Under the pieces are notes generated by a model. The model saw only the letters and a program-made list of their open reading frames with translations. It made no database searches and had not been told where the DNA came from. DNA of 64,000 nucleotides, taken from positions 10,540,001 to 10,604,000 of the forward strand of contig CM102290.1 in the NCBI GenBank assembly GCA_046563655.1, given 5' to 3'. A program made the position numbers and the translations under genes. Numbering within the stretch: the stretch's first letter is position 1; each line of letters starts with the position of its first letter. The stretch is from Yuukianura sp. NJ FZ-2021. Lineage: Eukaryota. Positions 1 to 13,600 of this stretch are shown here, piece by piece.

Positions 1-3000
1 GATTCCAACTTAGTTTTGTGTGTACGTTGTTAAAGTAGAAGTAGGCAAAGTGATGGTTCTGCAAAAGGAGAAAGTCGTGAGCAGTAAAGTTAGTGAAGCG
101 GAAAGATTTCCCGTCCGGATCGCTGTCTCCAGCCCCTTCATTCTCCCTGGTCATGCAACTTCCCCCACAACTTTTAAAAGCTTTCCGCACAACTTTTCCC
201 GCCAAACGGAATATGACTTCCAAATCTCAGAATTCCGTTTCCAGAAATGGACGCTTCTTTACTGTCTTTTTTCTGGAACCGGAAACCCTCCATTCCTCCG
301 AATTCTCAACTTGACAGACACGAGTGACCTCCATTTTGTTTTTTGTAGATGATGTTTGGTGCTTTTGTGGAAATGCCCGAGTGCATTTTGTATCCTCACG
401 AAACACAATTCATGAGTCTCGGTCGTGTCTCAACTTGCCCCAGCCCAAACATTCGTCGAAATCATAGAACGTGTACATTCAAAATCAAAATATAAAAAAA
501 TACCTCAAAACTTTGCAAAAGCAGTGAATTTTTCCAAATACGGAAATTTCACAAAGAGACGTAGACACAACCGAAACGTGTAGAGAGTTAACATTACCAT
601 AAATCCTCGCGTATACCACGCGGAATAACTGATAATTAGGCGAATAAGCTGAGCCATTTTGTGTTGACAAAGAAGCGACAAAATGCAGCCCAAATTTAAA
701 AAAAAAGTTTCCCGTCGTGTTTTACAACCTCTTCACTTTCTCCCTCTCTCACACTGAAAAATATTGCTTTTGTTGAAACAACCTTTACTTATTCGTACTC
801 CAAAGTTCCTGGAACTTGTTCCTTTCTCTCAGAGAACTTTAACGTTACGTTAGTTTTTCCATTAGGATGCAAAATACGGTCAGAGTGAATTTTCCAGTTA
901 AGTGATTTTGAAACAAAGAAGTGGGATTGAAGATGGGTCATCCTGATTAGACTGAAGTCATTCCCCCTGCTACATAAAGGCCAACTTCTCAGTCACAAAT
1001 CTCCTCAAGTCAACGACTTATACCCCTGAAAATCCACGTTTTACATAAGATAAAAACGATTTGGAGTCTGAGTATAAAGTAACCTTACTCTTTGACCTAA
1101 CCTTACTTTCGTCCTAACCTTACTTGCTACACAATTTAATTCTCTAAATGCACAAAGTATTTCGAGGAACCTTTCTCCACTACCCACCCAGTGAAGAGGA
1201 AAGTTCCCAACGCAGTGGGTTTGAATCTGATGTTTTTCTTCTGAATCTACTCTCGAAGTGGTTTTTCTATTTTCAAAAAAGTTGGAAAGTTCTTCCTTTA
1301 TGCTATTTCAATCAGTAGATATTGGTAAAGAGCACCTATGCAGATTCGACACTGAATTTCAAGAAAAAGTGCGCGGTCATGTATGTGGTTGTGGGAAAAG
1401 TGCCTTGTCACTTTCTCCAAGATGCGAAAATACGACACAGTGGGTCTTCTTTCTTTTTCCAGAAAAATCCTTTCAGGAAAATGATAGTTTGGCGAAGGAA
1501 AAAGAGTTTCCTGTTTTTGAGGGTTACCTTTACATACAGTACTCCACAAATATAACATATTCAAAAATACATTACATGTTACATTACAATACATTAGTAT
1601 CCAACAACGCGTATGCAATGTACAAACATAACACATTGTGTGTTTCATGTAGTATGTGATGAATCTAACTATTGGCTGTGAAATTTCGAGTAGCATGAGG
1701 TTAGGTTAGAATTTTTAAAAAACTTGAGTTAGGCTAGTCTAACGGACTGGCTTTGTGTGAAACTTCGGATGCACTTGTGATGGAGTCAGAGGAAGATTAA
1801 TTTTGTGGAGATGGATTTAAAAAGTGGAGTTGAAAGCTTGAAGTTGCGGAGGGTGTGAATTTGGGTGTCTTCTGAATCTCATCCCTCCGCATTCCTTCCC
1901 CTCCACCTCATTTCAAAGGCTTCTTCCAATGTAAACAGTTCAAATTCCTCCCGCGCTCCTAAATTACTCAACATCCAAGTCTATTTCTTCCAGAAAGCAA
2001 CTAGAAGACGCAGCGGGAAAGTCTAGTCAAAGTGAAAGTGAGCCACCGCGGAAGAATTGAGTCATAAGAAAGGTGGCTGGAAGATGCAGCAGTGAAAGTC
2101 AATAAGAGAAAATGTGCAGCTATGCACAGGGTTTTGCACGATGCCCTTCTACGCATACTTTGTTATGAACGCATACCAATTTTGTGGTTTATACCCATGT
2201 ATGATTTTTGTTTTTATGCTCATATTCATGTATACTGTGTTTTCATTCGCACATAAGTAAATTTTTTTTGTATGCAGATATTCATTTTTTTCATATGCAT
2301 GTTTTTTTTGGTACTTTTTGTAATTGCAAATTCAATTTTTTTTGGCATATGACTTTATAAGTATTTTTTAGTATAACTTGTGCATTTTTTCTTTTTTGTG
2401 CAAACATTCGTCGGAATTTGTTTGTATGGGAGTGCGTTTGAACAGTTGAGTGGAACAGTAAATTCAGCTTCATAAATTTTATTGACATTGGTCTACGTTT
2501 CGGTTTCCGCGTTATTTCGAAATTTTGGAACTTGTTGGAATTTTCCCAATGACTCATTTTGAAAAAGCGAGTAGTATTCAGAGCTTGAGCGGTAACTTTT
2601 AAATTTGCTTGGGTAACGATAGAGAAAGTGGTAAGTTGGAGAATGATATTGTGATAGTCGTAATATCTTCCAAACCAAAGGAAACTTCCCTTTGTGTCAT
2701 CTTCACAAAGTGTCAGACGCCTTTTCTCAGAATGAGGGCAATATAAAACGAACACAGAAGATAGCTCTTTCAAAATTTCATGTTTATGCTTTGTCAACGT
2801 TAGGCACAACGTACTTTAGCCAACTATGCATTATGTGTACAAGTTGTATACATAGTGTATCGCATCCTATGTAGCATGTATCTTGTACCTTGATAAAGTC
2901 AAACTTGTTCCACGGAATCAGATAAACACGGTCTACGGAAGCCCTTAAAATGTTTATTATTCATGGAGTAACAAAATTTGAAATATTTGCTTAAATTTGA

Positions 3001-3349
3001 GATCAAGATTTTGACAAATTTTTTCTTTTGGACGGGCATGGTTTTGGTGAAAGTTGGAGTAGACGAATGATGTGGTGGACATGCCAACACCATGGACCAA
3101 ACAGAGGTACTTAGCCGAAGGAACCATGGGCCCTCAAGCGTAACGTTCCGCACAATTAGCGCCACTCTCCCCCAGGGGTAGTGGTGCAGGAAGGGAGAAA
3201 CTGGTGGGTTGACAGTTATGAGCATTAGACCCCACCCCACGCCCCCCAATAACAAAAAAAGCTTTCTTTTTCAATATTCAAAAATTTTTAGAACAAGTGT
3301 AATTTCATTCTCAAATTTTGTTGAATAGTTATTTCGAACTCCGCTGGGG

Positions 3350-3901
3350 TAGGGCTGTTCAAGTTCCGTTCCGTTTCGTTTCCACGAGGAAACGGAAACG
3401 GCACTGGAACCGAGTTTTTGAAAATGGAACGGAACTAGTTTAAACATTGGAAAGCGGAAACGAAACGAAACGAAACGGAACCGTTTCCTGTGATCAACTT
3501 TGGTATATGGATTATCTTATGTAATGTCAATTTCAACGACATTCTGACCTGCGTCACTAGCTGGCGTATCGTCAATAGCTGACTAATCTATGACACTTTA
3601 ACTTCAAATTGAACAACAAATCGACATACAATCGATTTGTTCACTGCAGACAAGATGAGGTCTACACAGTGATTCGAAAAAATGTTGTTTGTTATTTTCA
3701 GTTTGAGATTCGCGCTTCAAAATTTGCCCTAAAATCAATTCATCCGGTTCCAGTTTCATTTCCTCAAGGAAACGGTTCCATCATACCATGGAACTGGAAG
3801 CGAAACGGAAGCGGAACCGAAAGTTCGTTTCCAAAAAATGTGGAAACGACACCGGAAATAAGTTCCGTTCCGTTGCTGGCACCGGAACTTGAACAGCCCT
3901 A
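3350..3901. mobile_element. Non-autonomous hAT-type DNA transposon (MITE), 552 bp, in a CARP intron
   Basis: Perfect 19-bp TIRs TAGGGCTGTTCAAGTTCCG (3350-3368) and CGGAACTTGAACAGCCCTA (3883-3901). 8-bp target-site duplication CGCTGGGG (3342-3349 and 3902-3909). Subterminal arrays of GGAAC/GAAAC motifs at both ends; no transposase ORF. An 8-bp TSD with a TAGGG terminus is typical of hAT elements. Confidence 0.9.
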
Positions 3902-4079
3902 CGCTGGGGTGGGGAGAAAGCTGCGAAATGTTTATGAGAAAGATTCTCCTTCTTTGTCGGGCCTCCTGCAGAGGGGGCGGGGGCGAGTATAGGGCACCCC
4001 CGTGGAGGCAAAGGGGAGGGGGAGGTGCACCCGACGGGGTGGAGATGCTGGAAGTAGAGAAATTGCTTGTGTAACTTAC

Positions 4080-7000
4080 GGATAGTTTGTCGATGTGAAT
4101 TGGCCGAAGTTGTGGATCATAAAGGAGTCTGGAAGGTTCAATGTTGATGGGAGACTGGCGCCGGCCTTTGCTACACAAACTCCACTGCGGATTGAGCAAA
4201 CCCCAGAAGGCTGGTCCTGGAACAAGATCAGGAGAAAGCATGAGATGCAAAAAGAAAGTCTCAGACACCAATGTTAAGAATTCAGAAATGCTAAAAGTAT
4301 TCAAAGTTATTAAAAATGACTACAATAAATAGTAAATATATTAACAAATGTTTATAAATACTTTGCAGACATGGTTTGCTTCTCAGGAAAATCTTAAGAT
4401 TCAAGCGTATTTGTAGTACAAATTTTGTACTCAGGGAAATTGTACTAACATCACAGGCTCCAAAATTTTACTTTTGAAAATTCACGACGGACGAAAATTG
4501 GAAGCGCTGACTCATTGTTCGAAAATTTGAAAGTTTGAGGACTGAAAATTGTAAATCAGATAAACAACGTAAACATTTGAAAAGTGTGGGAAATAGAAAA
4601 TTTGAAGAAAAAGGCAGTAACATTCGTTTGCAATATAAGCAAGGTGTGTATAACCTGTTGTTTGGAAGTAAAGGAGGGGGACATGGCGGTGAGCGTTTGA
4701 TTGATAAATGGGAGTCTGAGGTAGAGCGGGAGTCCAGTTGGTGCTGATTAAATTCAAATCCGGGAAGTGGGGCATGTTGGTGGGGCCATGAAGGAATGTG
4801 GGGTTCTTTGTTCCAGTGTCGGTGGGTAATCATGATAGATGTTGTGCTTATTATTCCGGTGGGATCCTTCCAATTAGTTTCCCACCAACCACCACACCAC
4901 CACTCATCAATGTTTGATTTACTCCCGCTTTCTTTGCTTTTGTGGTTTAGAAGATTTACACACTTCCCCCTTACATAGACTTCACCCGATCCGCTAGATT
5001 CCTTGAGGATATCGAATCATATCCCACCCATATTTCAAAATCAATATTAGGCTTTACACGGGACAATTCCTCAAGTCAAAATTGGCGGGAAGCCGCAACT
5101 AAGCTCCAAATTTCAAAAATTCAATGATACGCGATAACGGCTTTTCTTTTAATCATAACCCAAACACGTTTTCTTGTTTGTAAACGTTTTTTCTCCTGAA
5201 AACGTGTTGTCTTTGCCTCAAAAATTTAATTTCCTTCTAACGTCTAAGCGGATTCTGTTCTGGCGGTGTTTTACACATAAATATTTTTTTGGTTTTCGTT
5301 CTGTTCAATTGACAACTACTCTGGTTTTTTTAAGATTGGAAAATTTTCAAAAATTGAAACTACGGCTGAGCACAAAATTTGATGATGAGGCTGATGAACT
5401 TTTTGAAAGCAGTTGAGGCAACATCTTCGTCCCCTTGTTTTCAACTTTACTTTTTTTCGCTTCGACTTGCAGAAAAGTCTGAGAAGGAGAACGTCGTACT
5501 TTCACCAACTTTTACTTTGACTCTGCCACTACAACGTAATGCCTCTGACTTGAATGGTAACTCCAAAAAACCAGAGGATGGTTTTTTATTTCAAATTTTT
5601 TAAAAAGTTGATGAGATTTTTTGGTTGTGATGGGGCTGACGTGGGACTCTCTGGCCCACCAAAAGCCAACCGTGGTGGGTGCTCTATAAAGTAAGCTCTG
5701 TCACTCTGACATGAGTGTTCCCTTTATCACTGTCTTCCAATTGCTCAACCATAATCTTCTTCTTGGAAATGATTCCTCTTCTAAATTAATGAGACAGATC
5801 GTTTTCTGACTCCTTTTCAAATTTATTACCTCTCCCGCCACCTCAGCTCAACTTTCCCTCCCTCCCCCACCTCTGCATGACGGAAGCGGGGGGCGCCAGT
5901 TTTTGAAAATCCGAGAACAAGGAAAAGTGCTTCTGGGCCTCCACAACGAGTCAAATCTAATTCTCATCATCACTTAAATTGCTTCAGAAGACCACGACTT
6001 CCAATACTCAAGCAGAAAGAACTGTAACCACAAGGAACAACATTGGGACTTTCACTCTTCCCTTCCAGTTTTGGATCCACTAACCTAACATAGTCTAACC
6101 AAGACAGGAGTGAGTTAGGTTAGGGTCTTAACCTAACGGAGAGGTTTCTATGCAGTTCTGATGACCAAAGCAACTTTTCCCGCCACAAAGTGAAAACGCT
6201 TCCTGCCTCGACTTTCCTTCCCTTCCTTTAATTTGATTATTATGACAACTGTAGGACAACTCCCGCATTCCCACACCCAAAAGAAATTCTCGAGTCTCAG
6301 CAAAGTCCTTTTTTCTTCAGAAACTCAAAAATTTCAACGAAAAATTATTTTTTCAAAATTCAAAACTTCCGCAAAAATACTACCTCGAAACTTCCAACTT
6401 AAAGACGCAGTCATTGCTAGTAGTTTTGAACAAAAAACGCTTATTTGTTTTTGTTTTTATTATAAAAAAGCACACACAAAATTTCAAAACTGGAAATGAC
6501 ATTTTCATTTTTAAAATTGAAAGGAAAGGAAGCGTTCGCTTTCTGCGCTCTCTGCTTGTCTGGACTCCTCTTGAAAAATGGACAGACTAAATCTCGGAAA
6601 AAGAAGAAAGTGATCCGAAAATGGAAAATGGTGAATATTTACTCAACGGCCTAATGATGGATCTGCTCAGATTTACAAATAGACGCTGTAAAACATCCCT
6701 TCCAGACAGTGTCCACCCTTGTTACGTTATTGGAAATTTAAGAACCGAGCATTGACTTTGAGCTTCAAGTTACTTTTAGCAGTGTTTTGGATTTCCTGTG
6801 TTTTCTGGACATTCCTGTACAGTGACTCCATCGCACCTTCCTGGACACTTTGACTCTTCCGTACCCGGTCGTCTTTCTTTCATTTTTTATACTTGGACAA
6901 AAGAAATAAAAGTGACCGGATTCCAAGATATCGAGTAAAGATCTGATTTCGAAAAAATTGAAATCCGACTGATTCCGGGGAAAAGTGTTTCCGGCGAAAA

Positions 7001-10000
7001 GGAACTGAAGGGAATTCCAAAAGAAGATGAAGAAGCCTCTGCTGGAGCCAGTGGATCCAATAGTTACAAGATCATGGATGTGTTCGTTGGAAACTGATTT
7101 ATGACATCGAGGAGTCCAAGTCCCTGTAGCCCCCTCCTCAATCATTTCCGTCCAAACCACTCCCCTGACTAATAACTGCACCCTTACAAGGTTACCACCT
7201 CAATTTACTCCAGTAAGAAACTGAACAAGTGGAGAGAACGACTGAAACTGAAGGGAAACTATACCAAATAAAGTTCGACAAATGGGAATATCAAATACCG
7301 ATTCTGAACCGAGCAACACTTTTCCTCCGGTATCCGCTTCGGAATTTTGGTACATTTTACGATTTTGTTTTTAGCAATGGCTGGCTTTTCCGACTTGAAA
7401 TTTCAAGCACTGTTTTCTTCTATACGATTTTCTGGTGTTGTATGCTGGTAAATTCCAAGTTCCTTTTGTAAATAGAAGAAAAAAATTTTTTTTTTGTGTA
7501 GAAACTTTTATAACTACGTTTTTGGACATAATTTTTTCAACGATTGTGTCAAATTGTATCTAAACTTTATATTAATCATGGAGTTTTGCATGTTGTTGAA
7601 TTGATCATGTTGGACTGTAAAGTTTTTTTAACTTGCACTTGATTGCTAAAGTTAGTTATGTTGTGTTTTAAATCGATTATGCTGTGTAGTTATGTTGCTT
7701 AGGTTAGTTAAATTTGAGTTGTGTGGAATTAGTTTGTGAGTGAAAGTGGGAAATGGGACTTATGCCGTTATTGAGGCTTTGGAGGGGCATTTAGAGAGAT
7801 TGGATGGGCCGTGAGAGGCTTGAGACGTTGGAGCTGGAAGTGTAATGGTGTAGGGCTTTAAGGACCTGATGAAATGGAAATAAATCCAAGTCGGATAAGC
7901 TGTCAGTGGCGGGAGAAAGTAAAAGAAAGCGGGAAACTTGGTTTGAAATAACAACTTCACAGAGCACAAGGGAGACCTCGGAGGAACTTCAACTGTCGGA
8001 TGAACCCAAAAGACAAAAGAAATTTATGATGAGACTCGGATATAATAAAGAAACGCAAAAATCTGGGACTCCAATCTTCTAAAAAAAAGTCGTTTCTAAA
8101 AGAAAACTGAAAAAAACGGCTGCCTGAAACTTAGAATTAGGCGCCTCATAACTCTCCAACAATCCGAAAAGTCTCCAATTCGAAGCGATTTCGAGAATCT
8201 GAGAGTTTCCGAAAATACGAAACATTTACGGAATCTCAAAAATTTTTGAAACGCTTTTTTGTATTGTTGTTTTTTTGTGTACAATGTCCTTGGGATTTGT
8301 ACAGTCGCAGTTTCTTGTGCCAAAATTTTGACCACATTATTTCGCGCCATGAAATAATACGAAATCTGTAGAAACCCTAATCTGAAAGTGGCGACAATTT
8401 GGAAATTTTGAGTAAACAAAATCTTTCTGTCAAAAAATTAAGAAATACGATGTTCCATTTCCTGGATTTGGAGGAAACTGGGCCATTCATAACTTTTTGG
8501 CAAGGGAAATGACATAGGTTGGAGCCAAGAAAGCAACCAAGTGGAAAAGAAAGACGGATCCAAGTAGCATCCAGGAAATTCAACATTTGTCTACAAAAAA
8601 AGAGAAATAATACTTCAAACTTTCTCACCAAAAAATGCTTTTCTCCGCTTTTTTCTTCAAATATTAAAAAAAAACCTTTAATCGTTACCACGTTTTTCTG
8701 AATAATAAAAAATATTGAACGCCAAGCAGTTAAAAATTTAAAGCAAGAAGTTTTTGTTAAAAAATTTTTTTTGCCAAAATTTTGTGTTGTTTTTTCAAAC
8801 CATTTTTGGAAGGGAATTTTGTAAACCATGAGAATGTAAAAGAAAAAAAAATGAGAAGAAGTTTTGAAAGACTTTGACAATTTCCATTAGGTTTTTATTC
8901 GCTTGACCTCTTCGCGTGTTCAACTTTGACCTCTGGAATTTTCAAGAGAAGAAGTTTGGACTGCATTAGAGCGGAATCTTATGAATATTTTTCTGCGTCC
9001 AGTGGACGGTGGAATGGACTTTTCTGGTTTGTGAGGTCCCACCAGGGAATTCATTCGGGTGGGACTCCTGTCGCGTTCCTTCTTTCTTTGTACCACCACT
9101 CGATGAACTAATGGTCCAGCGCATCTCGCCTAATGGATTTTCTAAGATCACTTTCAGTTTTTCAGAAACAAAAAAAAAAAGAGAAAAAAAGTAAAACAAA
9201 TTCGGTCCATTTCAATTTTTTTTTGTTTCTCGGTATATCTTCCGATTTTTTTGTCCTGCAGCCGTAACATTTCGAATTCTTTTCGTTTTCTCGTGAAAAA
9301 TATATTAAACAACTTCCAATTCAATATAAAAAACACTGTCAACCGAACTGAAATTTCAGCCAACTAAAAGTACAACTTTGACCTACCATTAAGCTAGCAA
9401 ATTCTTTGGTTTTAGCCTAACTTAAACGTGAAAAAAAGTTGTGCTTACCCGAGATGCCATCGTAAGTCCACCAGTCATCCCAACTGCCCAGAGCTCCTGT
9501 AAAGACACAAAAAAGTATGATGAGCAGATCGATTTTGCATCCATCACTTTAGCAAACAAGTCATAAGTTCGAAGTGACATCGAGACATAGTTGGCGAGAA
9601 GTTGACCTTTCAAAATTTGGAAATTTGGTTTTTGGATATCCAGGAAGTGTCTTAATCCCGGAACCCTCCTGGGTCCGGATTAGACCCATGAACTTTTGAC
9701 GGAAAAACAGAGTTTACTAACATCGCCACTTGATGAGAAAATATGAAAGTCAAATTTCAAATTGAGTCGTCCAATGAAAAGGAAGATTTGGGGAAGATTT
9801 TGAAGATCTCTCAGATGCACACTTCCCTGCTCATCTTTTCTCATTTCCAAAATTCCAATTTCCAAGCAAAGAGGAAAGATGAGAGCCATTCGATGTAGTA
9901 ATACTAATAGCCGTGTGTTCAATTCATGCTAGGAGCAAAAAAAAGTCCAATTTCCAAAACCGTTCCTCATTATAGATTAACATTAAACGTACGATAAGTT

Positions 10001-10636
10001 ATTCGAAAAGTTGTGAAACAAGAGTAAAATATTTAAATTTCTGCTAGAAAAGTGCTCGAAATGGCATTGTTAAAATCATTTCATTTTTATTTTTTTGTCA
10101 ATTGTGCTCAAAAATTGCAACGCTTTAAAAATAGGATTAATTTTCTTAAAGAACTTAAAAGCAAAACTGTCATTATGTACAATAATCAAAACGTTGTGTG
10201 GTGAACTATTTCAGATGCTTCGTGCACCGACAAAAACTTGTCAAAAAATACTCACTCTTTGTGAAAAATTTGCTACACACTACTAAAAAATTTGCTAAAC
10301 ACTACATTACTACACACTACTTATTTTGTTAAGAAATTTGTTTCCAAAGTTCAAAATTTTTTTTTAGTGTTTTCAAAACTTTTTTGAATTAATTTTTGCA
10401 AAATTTTAAAATTTTCGCTCTGCCACGTTTTGTTTTTCTCCCAAAGTCCTTGGGCTCATGGTTTTCTTTGTACAGTACCGTAGGAATTTGTTTTCAAGGG
10501 ACATTTCTTTGAAAACTTAATTCACCAAAATTTTGATTTTAATTTTCTTACCTGAGCTAAATGTGAGTAGAAATGTAGTTAGCGTAAGATGGACTGGAAG
10601 ACAGGCCGCTTCCGCCCAAGGCAACAAGCACCTCAT
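4080..10636 (-). CDS. Carbonic anhydrase-related protein (CA10/CA11, Drosophila CARPA/CARPB-like); first three coding exons, gene continues off the left edge
   Basis: Exons 10552-10636 (MRCLLPWAEAACLPVHLTLTTFLLTFSS, signal-peptide-like), 9449-9496 (GALGSWDDWWTYDGIS) and 4080-4216 (GPAFWGLLNPQWSLCSKGRRQSPINIEPSRLLYDPQLRPIHIDKLS). All have GT/AG boundaries and compatible phases (1,1,0). WWTYDGISGPxFWGLxNPxWSLCxKGRRQSP is the hallmark N-terminus of CA10-type CARPs. I found no further exon in 1-4079. Confidence 0.93.
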
Positions 10637-13600
10637 CCTTTATCCCACCGCCAAAGTTCAAAGTCCTCGAATTTCACAAAAGTTACAAATTTTGCACCCC
10701 GTCAAACACTGGTGACTTTGGAAATTGTCTACATTCAGGAGGGGGTGCGAGTTCGAATCAACGTACTAGTAAAAACGGCAAGTATTTAGAAGTGTGAAAC
10801 GTTGTTCAAAGTTTTCAACGTTGAACCAATTACAAACCACCGTCCTTTGTTGCTATTGAAGTGAACAGAGGTCTACACGGAGTCAGGGATGGAAGTGAAG
10901 TGGCTGCTTTCTCCCCTACTTTCTCCCGGGATTTCATGGGTTTTTACTGTGCTTCTGTAGAGGGTTGGTGTGTTTGGCTTATGGCTAAAAGGGATGAAGA
11001 GAATCCTCTTCTGATGGATCCTGGAAGCAGAATGAGAGAATTCAGGATTTGACCGTTTGTTATACCAGTCCTCCCTCCGTACTGCCAAAAAGCTTACCCC
11101 ATTAACCCGCTATTTTTAAAAAAATCGATTTTTTTAGATAGAGTCTGTGTAGATTCTTGCAGACACAAGCAGGTGGCGATTTTCGATTACTCGATTTTTA
11201 TAGTCTTTGAATCACATTGTAGCAGAAAACATCGATTCTGACTTTTCTATTTCTTCTGCTTTAGTCTGTCTACCAAGTGTGCACCCCTACCAAGTATTGT
11301 TTATTTACACAAAAATTCTCAAAAGTAAACGATTCGGCCGCTGTCAATTGTTTTTTTCGTTGCAGGAAGGTCTTTTTAAAAATATTTGTCGTGCGGTTTT
11401 AAAAATTCGAATAGTAAAAATAAAATTCTTTAGGTTTAAAAAAGTTGCGTAGAACTTGTGATGACTGTGGCCAGAGGACTGAAAAAAATGAAAATTTTGT
11501 TTTCAGATCTTCGCAACTAGTTGATTGGTTTGTGCGAAGTTGGTGTAGGTAACATGCAAACTACAATTTCAAATGCAAATAGTTGTCTGATTTTTTTAGT
11601 GATACTAAAAAGGTTTAAGAAAAAAAATTTTTTTAAGAAATTAGAAATTTGTTGTTAAAGAGAGTGGAAGAACAGTGAAAGTAGTAGCTACTTTCTCCTG
11701 GTTTTAAAAAATACATGAGACAGTTACTTTGGCCGTCGGGAGCGTTTTTCAAACGACGGAAAAACCAAAAATCCGGAAGTTGATTTTTTTTTGAAAACTC
11801 CCAGATCAAGGAGGGCGGGATTTTGGTGTAGCCGGAAGGCAAAAGACCTCTTCAACAAAAACCGTTTGAACTTACTTTCTTTTTCTGGAAGGAAAAAAGT
11901 GGCGCGGCAGTTTGAACGCTGAAGTAGTTGTAGCTCCTTGTTTCTAATGTTTACAAACGGACTACTCCGTTCCTCCTCCGGCAACACCACAAAACACACA
12001 AAGGTTTTTCCGCCATTTTGGCGGGAATTTCAAAAAAGAAACCGAAAACCCGATTTGGCTGGTAAATACATCAATCTCAGAATAAGCATTCGTCCCCCGC
12101 CCCCATTTCCAGACAATAGAAACACTACTATTACAGCACCAACTGCTTAAGAATGAACGACTACGTTCTAGTTCTAGTACAAGAGTAGCTCGTAACTTGG
12201 ATATTTTGAAGTTCTGGGAAGAAAAGGATTTGAAAAAGAAAGAAAAGCAAAGCGTTTTGCACTGATTCCAGTGACTGCTGAGCCGAATTGTGAATCAGAT
12301 GAAAGTGGAGACATAAATCGCCTCATGAGTATAAATTTTTTTCATTCAAGAATTCAATGGAAATTTTACCTGGAAGTGTGTTATAAACTTGCGTACTCCA
12401 TACTAGAATCTTTTGAATTCCGAGATTCAAGTTAAGAGATAAACCGAGAATACTTTCATAGTTGAAAGATTTGGCCAAAAGCTTTAGAACTAAAATTTTG
12501 GGCAATAGAGTTTCAAAAACCGAAATTTCAGCGGCTGAAAATCTGGCAGCTAGCATTACAGCAGTTTAGCGAGTTTAGAAACAACAAAACCTTCTACTTT
12601 ACAAATTTGGCAAATAAAGTTTAAGTTAAAATTCAGCAACTAAAAAATTGAAGAACGGTAGGGTGAAAGTCTGATGTAATTGGCAAGCCTATTTGTAGTC
12701 AATTGGCGGTAATCAATCAAGGGCTACAAGCAGCACTGCTGGGAGTGGCCAGTTGTTTTTAATCTCCCAAAATCCAAGAGAGAAAGCAAAAGTACAGTAT
12801 GGTCCCTCTTTTTCCTTGACTTTCTTAGTTCCTTACGTTCTCCTTTAATCTAACGTAGTTGGTAGGCGAAGATGCTGTATTTTTTGAATTGATCTTCATT
12901 GTCTCGAGACAGGAGGCTAAGCGTAAGACAGGGGGAGGGTTCCGTTCGACCGCATCTTCCTTCCAATTTTCTGATTATTCTAATGGCCCACTCCTTCCGA
13001 CACAATTACTCACCTTCACCCTCCATCTCCCCACTAATTCTGATTAATTCTAACAAACACACCGTTCTTCTTGTAACACACCAACCACCGCCCTCACCCG
13101 CCCACCACCCTACCTAAACTTTCATACAACAACTAAAGTGCAACATTCTACAAGATTCCATAACCAGAATTTTTGAACGCCACGATTTCAAGTTTTTCAC
13201 GTCGCGTGACGTCGATTCTACTGCAGCGCCGACGGCAACTAATCGTTAATTTCTACAAGTTTTTTTTCAGTTTGAGTCATTTTATGACAAAATTTTGTCT
13301 GCTTTGGCATATCTGCGTCCAAGATGACGTTGCGCCCTGAGGTGCAAGATTTGCACGGCGGTAAAACGACAAATATTTAGTTATTGTTTCCCCTTCCAGG
13401 AAGTTTTGGGACACAAAACAAGTTGTTTTAGCAAGCGAGCATCGAAACACGAGGGTGAAAGCAAAACGCTTTTGTTTGTTTTCCTTCCTTTCCTTGTTTG
13501 TTTGTGCGTTGGAACTCACCTTAAATCTAATTTGTGAAAGTAAGTTTTAGTGCATAGGAGTTGGAGGAAGAGAAAGTTCAAGTTGTTCCATAATTGCATA

